From NCBI GenBank assembly GCA_032718475.1, contig JAUCBJ010000491.1, positions 55,950-119,949 of the forward strand: 64,000 nucleotides of DNA, read 5' to 3'. This document shows positions 27,701 to 39,700 of this stretch, piece after piece (position 1 is the stretch's first letter; each line of letters starts with the position of its first letter). Both the position numbers and the translations under genes were made by a program. The notes under the pieces are model-generated. The model ran no database searches and had not been told where the DNA came from. It saw only the letters and a program-made list of their open reading frames with translations. Source of the stretch: Nemertoderma westbladi (Eukaryota; Animalia; Xenacoelomorpha).

Positions 27701-30700
27701 ATTAATATAAAATATCATTATTTTATTTATTCTACTAATAATACTTCAGCAGTATGATAAGAGTGACATAAAGTATTCCAAACTCCTATCACGCTTACAC
27801 TGCCACACGGAAAATTTGATTCAATTCAAATCACATCGCAGCTGAAACACGAGACAACCAATCACATCGCAGCTGAAACACGAGACAATCAATCACATCG
27901 CTGCTGAAATACGAGACAATCAATCACATCGCAACTGAAACACGAGACAACCAATCACATCGCAACTGAAACAGGAGACAACCAATCACATCGTAACTGA
28001 AACAGGAGACAACCAATCACATCGCAACTGAAACACGAGACAACCAATCACATCGCAGCTGAAACACGAGACAACCAATCACATCGCAGATGAAACACGA
28101 GACAACCAATCACATCGTAACTGAAACAGGAAACAACCAATCACATCGCAGCTGAAACACGAGACAACCAATCACATCGCAACTGAAACACGAGACAACC
28201 AATCACATCGCAGCTGAAACACGAGACAACCAATCACATCGCAGCTGAAACACGAGACAACCAATCACATCGCAACTGAAACACGAGACAACCAATAACA
28301 TCGCAGCTGAAACAGGCGACAACCAATCACATCGCAGATGAAACACGAGACAACCAATCACATCGCAGATGAAACACGCGACAACCAATCACATCGCAGA
28401 TGAAACACTAGACAACCAATCACATCGCAGCTGAAACACGCGACAACCAATCACATCGCAGCTGAAACACGAGACAACCAATCACATCGCAACTGAAACA
28501 CGCGACAACCAATCACATTGCAACTGAAACACGAGACAACCAATCACATCGCAGATGAAACACGCGACAACCAATCACAGCGTACCTGTTGGGCAGCCTC
28601 CTGTCCCTCGAACTCCGACTTAAACTGCTCGACAACCCGAACCAACTCTTCCTCCCTGTCGTCCGCTTGTATTGCGAGTCGCTCCACGTCTACCGACAGC
28701 CGCGCTATCTGGGACTGCAGCTCCAACTCTCGTGACCGACTGTCAGACAGTTCGGTAGTTCGTTCAACTATACGCTTATCCATCGTACTCACTAAAATCT
28801 GCGAAAGTAAAAGATATATTGATAATAAGGTATTGGAAAAAAAACTCTTTCTCGTTTCTATTGAACAAAATTCACTGACTCTGTCTGAGCGTATTGCGTT
28901 TAACACGAGATGGGCATGTTTTTCAGCACGAGCGAAGAGATGGTTAAATACGTAGCAGCTACTCAATACATCAGCACGAGCGAAGAGATGGTTAAATACG
29001 TGGCAGCTACTCAATACATGAGCACGAGCGAAGAGATGGTTAAATACATAGCAGCTACTCAATACACCAGCACGAGCGAAGAGATAGTTAAATACGTGGC
29101 AGCTACTCAATACATCAGCACGAGCGAAGAGATGGTTAAATACGTAGCAGCTACTCAATACATCAGCACGAGCGAAGAGATGGTTAAATACGTAGCAGCT
29201 ACTCAATACATCAGCACGAGCGAATAGATGGTTAAATACGTGGCAGCTACTCAATACATCAGCACGAGCGAAGAGATGGTTAAATACGTGGCAGCTACTC
29301 AATACATCAGCACGAGCGAAGAGATGGTTAAATACGTAGCAGCTACTCAATACATCAGCACGAGCGAAGAGATGGTTAAATACGTAGCAGCTACTCAATA
29401 CATCAGCACGAGCGAAGAGATGGTTAAATACGTAGCAGCTACTCAATACATCAGCACGAGCGAATAGATGGTTAAATACGTGGCAGCTACTCAATACATC
29501 AGCACGAGCGAAGAGATGGTTAAATACGTGGCAGCTACTCAATACATCAGCACGAGCGAAGAGATGGTTAAATACGTGGCAGCTACTCAATACATCAGCA
29601 CGAGCGAAGAGATGGTTAAATACGTAGCAGCTACTCAATACATCAGCACGAGCGAAGATATGGTTAAATACGTAGCAGCTACTCAATACATCAGCACGAG
29701 CGAATAGATGGTTAAATACGTGGCAGCTACTCAATACATCAGCACGAGCGAAGAGATGGTTAAATACGTAGCAGCTACTCAATACATCAGCACGAGCGAA
29801 GAGATGGTTAAATACGTAGCAGCTACTCAATACATCAGCACGAGCGAAGAGATGGTTAAATACGTAGCAGCTACTCAATACATCAGCACGAGCGAATAGA
29901 TGGTTAAATACGTGGCAGCTACTCAATACATCAGCACGAGCGAAGAGATGGTTAAATACGTGGCAGCTACTCAATACATCAGCACGAGCGAAGAGATGGT
30001 TAAATACGTGGCAGCTACTCAATACATCAGCACGAGCGAAGAGATGGTTAAATACGTAGCAGCTACTCAATACATCAGCACGAGCGAAGAGATGGTTAAA
30101 TACGTAGCAGCTACTCAATACATCAGCACGAGCGAATAGATGGTTAAATACGTGGCAGCTACTCAATACATCAGCACGAGCGAAGAGATGGTTAAATACG
30201 TGGCAGCTACTCAATACATCAGCACGAGCGAAGAGATGGTTAAATACGTAGCAGCTACTCAATACATCAGCACGAGCGAAGAGATGGTTAAATATGTAGC
30301 AGCTACTCAATACATCAGCACGAGCGAAGAGATGGTTAAATACGTAGCAGCTACTCAATACATCAGCACGAGCGAAGAGATGGTTAAATACGTGGCAGCT
30401 ACTCAATACATCAGCACGAGCGAAGAGATGGTTAAATACGTAGCAGCTACTCAATACATCAGCACGAGCGAAGAGATGGTTAAATACGTGGCAGCTACTC
30501 AATACATGAGCACGAGCGAAGAGATGGTTAAATACGTAGCAGCTACTCAATACATCAGCACGAGCGAAGAGATGGTTAAATACGTGGCAGCTACTCAATA
30601 CATCAGCACGAGCGAAGAGATGGTTAAATACGTGGCAGCTACTCAATACATGAGCACGAGCGAAGAGATGGTTAAATACGTAGCAGCTACTCAATACATC

Positions 30701-33700
30701 AGCACGAGCGAAGAGATGGTTAAATACGTAGCAGCTACTCAATACATCAGCACGAGCGAAGAGATGGTTAAATACGTGGCAGCTACTCAATACATCAGCA
30801 CGAGCGAAGAGATGGTTAAATACGTAGCAGCTACTCAATACATCAGCACGAGCGAAGAGATGGTTAAATACGTGGCAGCTACTCAATACATCAGCACGAG
30901 CGAAGAGATGGTTAAATACATAGCAGCTACTCAATACATCAGCACGAGCGAAGAGATGGTTAAATACGTGGCAGCTACTCAATACATCAGCACGAGCGAA
31001 GAGATGGTTAAATACGTGGCAGCTACTCAATACATGAGCACGAGCGAAGAGATGGTTAAATACGTAGCAGCTACTCAATACATCAGCACGAGCGAAGAGA
31101 TGGTTAAATACGTGGCAGCTACTCAATACATCAGCACGAGCGAAGAGATGGTTAAATACGTAGCAGCTACTCAATACATCAGCACGAGCGAAGAGATGGT
31201 TAAATACGTAGCAGCTACTCAATACATCAGCACGAGCGAAGAGATGGTTAAATACGTAGCAGCTACTCAATACATCAGCACGAGCGAAGAGATGGTTAAA
31301 TACGTGGCAGCTACTCAATACATCAGCACGAGCGAAGAGATGGTTAAATACGTGGCAGCTACTCAATACATGAGCACGAGCGAAGAGATGGTTAAATACA
31401 TAGCAGCTACTCAATACATCAGCACGAGCGAAGAGATGGTTAAATACGTGGCAGCTACTCAATACATCAGCACGAGCGAAGAGATGGTTAAATACGTAGC
31501 AGCTACTCAATACATCAGCACGAGCGAAGAGATGGTTAAATACGTAGCAGCTACTCAATACATCAGCACGAGCGAAGAGATGGTTAAATACGTGGCAGCT
31601 ACTCAATACATCAGCACGAGCGAAGAGATGGTTAAATACGTAGCAGCTACTCAATACATCAGCACGAGCGAAGAGATGGTTAAATACGTAGCAGCTACTC
31701 AATACATCAGCACGAGCGAAGAGATGGTTAAATACGTGGCAGCTACTCAATACATCAGCACGAGCGAAGAGATGGTTAAATACGTGGCAGCTACTCAATA
31801 CATCAGCACGAGCGAAGAGATGGTTAAATACGTGGCAGCTACTCAATACATGAGCACGAGCGAAGAGATGGTTAAATACGTAGCAGCGACTCAATACACC
31901 AGCACGAGCGAAGAGATGGTTAAATACGTGGCAGCTACTCAATACATCAGCACGAGCGAAGAGATGGTTAAATACGTGGCAGCTACTCAATACAGGGCGG
32001 GCGGAATATCTAAAATTCGTTCCTCGCAACGTTCTGATAATGGCGTTTTATAACTGAATTTACATTAAAAATTAGAAATTAATGGCAATGGTATTTGGTG
32101 GAAGTAAGTCGATCACTCTTAACAAAAGAAAAATAACATCGGGACAAGCCGTAAAAAAGTTTACTTTACTTTATTACACAGTCAATGAATAATTTATACC
32201 TCCAACTCTTTTATTTGGAAATTTAGCTGCGAAACCCGCTGCTCCAACTCCTGATTGTCGAGTTTCAATTTAGCAACTTCGTCATGTTGGTATTCGCGAC
32301 CAGATACCGTCTCCATGGCGATAGCGGGGTGAACAGGGGTCGTCACTTCTATCGATTCGGTAACTTCGTGAGGAACTTCAGCTATAGCCTAATGGAAATA
32401 AACAAGGAAATAAACAAGGAAATAAATATTAGAGAAGGAAATAAATATTACAGAAGGAAATAAACAAGAAAATAAATATTAGAGAAGAAGGAAATAAACA
32501 TGGAAATAAACATTGGAGAAGAAGGAAATAAACAAGGAAATAAACATTGGAGAAGAAGGAAATAAACAGGGAAATAAACATTGGAGAAGGAAATAAACAA
32601 GGAAATAAATATTAGAGAAGGAAATAAATATTACAGAAGGAAATAAATATTACAGAAGGAAATAAATATTACAGAAGGAAATAAATATTACAGAAGGAAA
32701 TAAATAAGAAAATAAATATTAGAGAAGGAAATAAACAAGGAAATAAATATTAGAGAAGGAAATAAACAAGGAAATAAATATTAGAGAAGGAAATAAATAT
32801 TACAGAAGGAAATAAATATTACAGAAGGAAATTAATATTACAGAAGGAAATAAACAAGAAAATAAATATTAGAGAAGGAAATAAACAAGGAAATAAATAT
32901 TAGAGAAGGAAATAAACAAGGAAATAAATATTACAGAAGGAAATAAACAAGGAAATAAATATTAGAGAAGAAGGAAATAAATATTACAGAAGGAAATAAA
33001 TATTAGAGAAGGAAATAAATATTACAGAAGGAAATAAATATTACAGAAGGAAATAAATATTACAGAAGGAAATAAACAAGAAAATAAATATTAGAGAAGA
33101 AGGAAATAAATATTACAGAAGGAAATAAATATTACAGAAGGAAATAAATATTACAGAAGGAAATAAATATTACAGAAGGAAATAAATATTACAGAAGGAA
33201 ATAAATATTACAGAAGGAAATAAACAAGAAAATAAATATTAGAGAAGAAGGAAATAAACATTGGAGAATATTTACAGGAAATTATGGAGCTGCTGTGGAT
33301 CCATCCTAAAGTCTAAACTTTAAAGTAATTAATTTGTATAATAATGCCTTAGGCGTCAGTTATAGTCACTAAATGAGAGACAGCGGATATTTTACTGGTC
33401 TATTTAGTCCTGTAAGTGAAATGACAAAAACTATTAACTTCAAGATTGCAATCTTTCACTTTATAGGACTACTACAGTGCGATGTGTTTGTACGTAATAT
33501 AGAGATGAGAACTGTAATATAATAGACAAAAAGTTGTGCATTATTCATCATGTTTTCCCAAAGGAGCGCACAAAGAGTGGCGCAGAGTTGCGCCGTGCGT
33601 AATCTCTTTAAATCAGTCATTCAAAAAACAAAAGTTAAAAAGGTCTTTCTTTAACTAATTTTGTGAAAAATTAGTAAAAAAGTCATTTTTTAACTAATTA

Positions 33701-36700
33701 AAAAAAAATTTCTAAATGATTTTTTTTTCAAATAAAACAATATATTCGATATAAAAACGAACGGAAAACACTATTTCCATGGCTCCATTAATAATAATCT
33801 ACATACCAAACGAATATATAACCTTGTTGAGCACCCCTATGAATTATTTCCTTGCGATAGATTGGACAGCAAACTAAATGAACTATTCCGGTTTGATAAG
33901 GCGGGTATTGAATTCGTCACAGACTTGATTCGATTCAATATCACCATGGACAGCCGAAGAGGACTTCCGATTGCTCCCGAATTAAAAGTTATGATTGCTT
34001 TGCGCTACCTTGCTAGCGATTCACACCAGCTATCTATTGCCCACGCCTTCCACATTGACCAATGCACTGTTTCTAGAGCTGTCAATGAAGTGATCGACAA
34101 TTTGGCCCTCTTAGTTGGAAAGTTTGTATATTTTCCAACTGATCTCCAGCAACTTAAGTCATTACAAACCAAGTTTTACCAAATGTGTCATTTTCCGCGA
34201 GTTGTTGGGGCAGTAGATGGTACCCATGTAAAGATTTCACCCCCATCCGAACATGAGGCCTCCTATGTAAACAGAAAGGGATTCCATTCCCTTAATTGTC
34301 AGGCTGTGTGCGACAGTAATGGCCGTTATTTGAATGTGGTCTCTCGTTGGCCAGGATCTACTCACGATAGTTTCTGCTTGAAGCACAGCGAGTTGTGGGA
34401 GGCCTTTAATACTAATGGTGTCTTTCGCAATGTTGGAGGAATCATTCTCGGAGACAGCGGTTATCCACTGAAGTCATGGCTAATGACGCCGATACCCCAT
34501 CCAACAACTGACGCACAGAAGAGATATAATTCTGCTCATGCGCAAACTAGGGTGGTGGTCGAGCAGAGTTTTGGTAAAACTAAACGCCAATGGAACATTC
34601 TATACGATGGAATTAGAATGCCGGTCGGTAAAGCGCCAGCGGTGATTGGAGTTTGCTTCATGCTGATAAATATTGCAATTGAGAGGAGGCTAAGTAATTC
34701 GTATGGAGATGGGATCGTAGATAATGTTGCTGTCGGATGCGATACCTACCAAGGTGAGTTTATAGGAACCAGGTTGTTAATCAATACTTTTCTTGAATTT
34801 TCAAATGTTACTTTTAACTATTAGAAATCACTACCTTTTTCATATGGCACACACAACTCACACTCTTAACTGCTGTAACTTTAGTTTATACACCATGTTG
34901 CTAGGGCACGAATAGTAAACAATCTAGTTATCAAGAAATATGTGGGCCCAATGTCATAAACTCTGTAAATTGACTTCCCTATTTTTTATACAGTCACCTA
35001 GCAACTAGATAGACAGTGTGTAATTGTGAACAATAATATATAAAATAAATAATAAAGTTTAATTTTATAATATAAAATACAGTGAGTATTGAAAACGGCA
35101 GGGTAACTGTATTACAAGTTGCGGATGATATCCCCATCACTGTTGATATGATAGATTTCTGGCTCGATATGAGTAATTGTCTGGCGCGATTGAACGATAG
35201 TATCCAGCAACTCGAGTCTTTGGCCGACCAACTGCTGGATACCTTCGCAGGCACTGACCACTGCTTTATTAGCTTCTATAGTGGACTGATTGGCTTCTAT
35301 CTGCGACTTTCGTGCCTTTAACTGCAACTGGCGCAGATCCACATTTGTTTTCTCTGCTGGAGACACATTAAGGGCGGCTGCCTCCTCCCTGTGGATCTTC
35401 TTTGGTGGTGGTGGAGGGAGGACATCGGCCGAATTACGTAAGGAAGACTCCAGCGATGTTCCAATAGGTGTCTCTATAAACTTATCCTCGCCCGTGAACT
35501 TCTTTGAAGAGCCTAAAATGCTCATCACAGCATCGGTAGTCTGCGACACTGCCATAGGCACTGGTCCCCCACCCGTCTTGTTGCTTACCTTCTTGAATAC
35601 TGCTACCTCTTCCTTTTACTTCATCATTATGTTATTCCATTTCTTTTTAACTTGCCCCTCCAAAAAATTGCCTCCCTCAGCATTCAAAGTCTCTGTGATG
35701 AAAGCCCAGGCATCGTTCCTTTTCTTCCGGTAACCAGCCTCTGTCCTTTACTGTCGATGTCTTTCTCGCCATACAGTTCGACGAGTCTCATCTTTAGGTC
35801 AGGTGTAAAGTACACCTTATCCACCCCTTTACCATCTGCATCCATGGTTGTAATAAATAAATAGATGTAAAAAATAGTCACAAACGTAAATCACTCTGAA
35901 ACACTAAAACTAGAGGTAGGCCCGAGTCAGTATATGCCGTTGATGACAGCAATGGTGAGAAAGTGAAAGTAAACAGAGTGTAACCTATCTGACAGTATCT
36001 GTATCTGTAAGCCTCCAAGTATGTAGGGCCTACCTACCATTCGTAAATGCGTCCATTACTTCTGACCAAGGCTTACAAACATTCTAGAATACTGTAAATA
36101 TAAATAATATGTTCTAGAATGTTTTATAATTTAATAGGTTCAAAAAGATCTTGCGCACATGCATGTGAAACAGGCAATTTCGAACGCCGTTTTTGGTCCA
36201 AAATACTACGAAATTATATTTATGATCTATTATAATGCACGATGTATAATGAAAGGTCGATTATCATCAAATATTTTTTTAAAGAAATTGTCAACTTCAA
36301 AACTCGACTACTTCTAAAATTTTTGAGCAATTAGTCTGAAAGTTATGTGGGTGTCTGCATAGCCACCCTGCATAAAAGTAACAGACAACTTTTTGAAATT
36401 TTTTTAAAATAAAATTTAATACTATTTATAACAAACCTAAAAAAATCGCATAAATTTGCAGCGCCACCTAGCGGTTCACAAAATTTCGCATAATAGTTAT
36501 GTTGCTCCATCTTTGATCTATCATATAAAAAAACTTTTATGTGATTAGATTCAAAACTGTAAATGCCTTAGGGTTTTAAGTGCAACCAAGTTTTTTTTAT
36601 TGTTAACTAGTATTAACTAATATTAAATAGCGAAAAATATAATTTTTTTGAACTGTCATGTAGAATAGCATCTTAGGTACCTATATTCCAAATTATAGCC

Positions 36701-39700
36701 AAAACCAATCAATTTTGAAACGCTGAGAGTGATAAATCGAAGAGTTGTTCGAAAATGACTCGATGGCATTTTAACACTCGCTTCGCTCGTGCTAAAAACC
36801 TGCCAACTCGTGTAAAACTCAACCACTCGGACAGAATAGTTGAATTTCGCTAAATTGAAAATGAGTGAAAAAAGCGGTGTTTTCCGCTTACTTTTATTTT
36901 TAACGAATAATAGTCCTATTTTTACTACCAGAGATATAATATTTAATTGATGGCGACAAAAGTTATATGATTAAAATGTTTACCTGGTTACCAAGACTAC
37001 CGCGCCGACTGCCACTCCTCCTACGCCCCCTAGCGCCGATCTCAGTTAACGAGCGATGGAGGAAGGATGGCCACCGCACATCGAGATCATGGGGCAGCAG
37101 CTGCAGGTTAAATATAGACGGAAACGCTGGATTCCTATTGGCTGGCGATAAACGATGTAGGCAGTTGATGAATGAGGTCGAGGTTGGAGGTGATAACACA
37201 GATTCTAGGGTGTAGTACAGTCTGTAAGGAAGATAACATAGATTCTAGTATAACTTTTTGTTGGGCACAGCTTTTGCAAAGTCGGCAATGACATCCAGGT
37301 GGGATCGCACTAGTGACCTCCGGGTTGGAAGTCTGACGCTCGTAACAATTCAGCTAGCGCCTCAGGTAAAAGATAGACCAGGAATTACTATCTGATTCGC
37401 AGTATTTCCAGGTCTATATTTTAGCTGAGCCGCTAGCTGAATGCTTAGAGCGTCAGACTTCCAACCCGCAGGTCACCAGTTCGATCCCACCTGGATATCA
37501 TTGCCAATTTTGCAAAAGCTGTGCGCAACAAAAAGTTATGAGACCACTGATTCAGTCATAACAGTAATAACAGATTCTAGAGTGTAGTACTACTGTGTGC
37601 AGGTATTTCACACTTCACGTGGTGTGTGCAAGGCATACAAACACAACTTACACCTAATAAGTAAGCCTTCCCGCAGAATGAACTAAATACCTTAAACAAA
37701 GATTACCAAATATTATATAAACTAACCTTGTAACCCTGGTATTGAGTATGCAATGCTGCAATGTGTCCCCTAGAAGGTCCCAATGAAGACAGTACCTTAT
37801 AAGGGCACGCCCTTTACCAACCTCTGACCTGTAGGCACCTGGACGGGCGTTCACTGAGTCAATACAAGCCTTGAGACCAGGCTTGTTGCCAACGCAATCG
37901 CATATGTACGACCAATAGGAAAGCCTGGTGTTACCTAGACAACAAAATACGAAGCGATTAAATAATTAATAAGAAATATAAGAGTAGTTTTTTTTTAGTT
38001 GGTTGTGTTTGTTTTTAGCAGCATACACTATGCCTACATGGGGTTATACCAGCTACCTGAAGATAACCAATAAACACGGGACTATATTCCCGGCTAATCG
38101 ATAAATCCAGAAAAATCAATGATTGCTGTGACGTGCGTTGCTTCGTGGAGGGTGTCTCCGTTTATTACGTTCGTGGAACATTACTGAACCTTGATCCTGT
38201 GTTTGACAACCTCAGATCAAACACAGTGCAGCCAGCCAATATATTAATTGGATGACAATATAGCAGATACCATATCCCAATAAATAGTTTTAGTGTTCCA
38301 CAACACAACCGGCTGGATAAGAATTCACTTTCACTTCCCTCATGTCTTCGCATAGAAATGTTGACGTTTCTTCACTTTATTTTATTAATTTCAACATTTA
38401 AAGTTTAACAACAACCCAATGGCAATTTATGTTCTCTCAGTTTAAGCTTGTTACCGTAGTTGGAGCAGTATTACCGTTAACGCACTGTCAGACTGAGACA
38501 TTACTGGTAAAATGAAAGTAAAGTTTGTCTGTACCGCCGATTCCAAGATTGCAAGATTCATCATAACAGTTTAACAGCGACGAAATGGGGGGGAGTTAAA
38601 ACTCTCAGATATTTCGCCCTATATGGACTGGAAAACTGCTGACTGATTATATACTGTCCTCACAAAGCTGCGTTCTAGTACATATATCATGTTTCAGTTT
38701 GAACGAATCATAAAAAACGACATCGGAAAAGGATTTCACTGTCAGATACTTCGCCATCTAGCGGCAGACCGGAGAACTGTATGAGCATTAGTCTCATTTA
38801 GAAGTCTGTCTGTATTTAAACTTTCTAAACATTTTTCATAGATCTGTCTTACGAGGTTTTAGTTTAAGACAGAAAGACAAAAACGAGTCTCAGATAGTAG
38901 TAGTACCTACCTGTATGCTAAGCTCGCTTGCATTCTTGGCGGTATATTGCGTATGTACGTAGTAGGCCTACTCGTGCCAAATATCATATGTGGACTGGGG
39001 AGATAAAAAGGCTATAAAAAGTTATTAGTAAGCGACAAAAAATGTGAGTATATTAGGGTGGCTCAGAAAATTTTTAGAAATACCGATATTGGCTGCCCTC
39101 TCCCAAAAAAATTTGCCAAATACAGTAGTGAAACCAATTATTATAACTTTCCATATTTTGTGGGATGTAATTCGTTCTCATTATAGGTATTTTATTTTTA
39201 GTGGTGACACATTTTTATCTCATTGGAACCACAATGGACGATTTAGTTGTACTAGAGGCGTTTTAAGACCAAATTATCAGTATTTTGAAGCTACTGGCCT
39301 ATATTTCTCATTACAGGCCAAAACTTCGAACTCATCGCGATGAAATAGATTGCGAAAGATCTGTAAAGAATTCTTATTGTAGGATTTTTTGGTGGTGTTA
39401 TATTGTATGGGCCTCATTTTATGCTCATTTGAACTTCAATGCTGATGGATTTAGTTGGACATGGTGGTCGTTAGTTGGAAATAATCATATATATTATAGG
39501 AGTAGATATAATATGGAAAAAATAAATTTTTGGAAAAATTGCGATAATAATTCGGTATATTGTATTCTCTTAGCCGAGAGTTATTATAATATATGGAAAG
39601 CAATGCCTACGTAGTTTGCAGAACGCGGCTCATTAAATAAAAACTACGATTAGGAGGATGGGAGAAGAAAATTTAATCTCGGCCATTTAATGAAATATAA

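Larger units (their letters stand above)
33780..35880. mobile_element. PIF/Harbinger transposon (two convergent ORFs) inside a FYCO1-like intron; TIRs not located
   Basis: Transposase plus Myb/SANT gene pair; boundaries approximate. Confidence 0.8.

Noticed and set aside
1974-31994. Arrays as CRISPR repeats
   Set aside because: No unique spacers, eukaryotic intron context and no cas genes.
28544-32053. 1161-aa minus ORF in frame with exon 28586-28798, and 637-aa plus ORF
   Set aside because: Products of the 48-bp unit. Intron retention hits GTA TAA at once, the upstream AG I checked (about 32010) is out of phase, and a good acceptor exists at 28799-28800.
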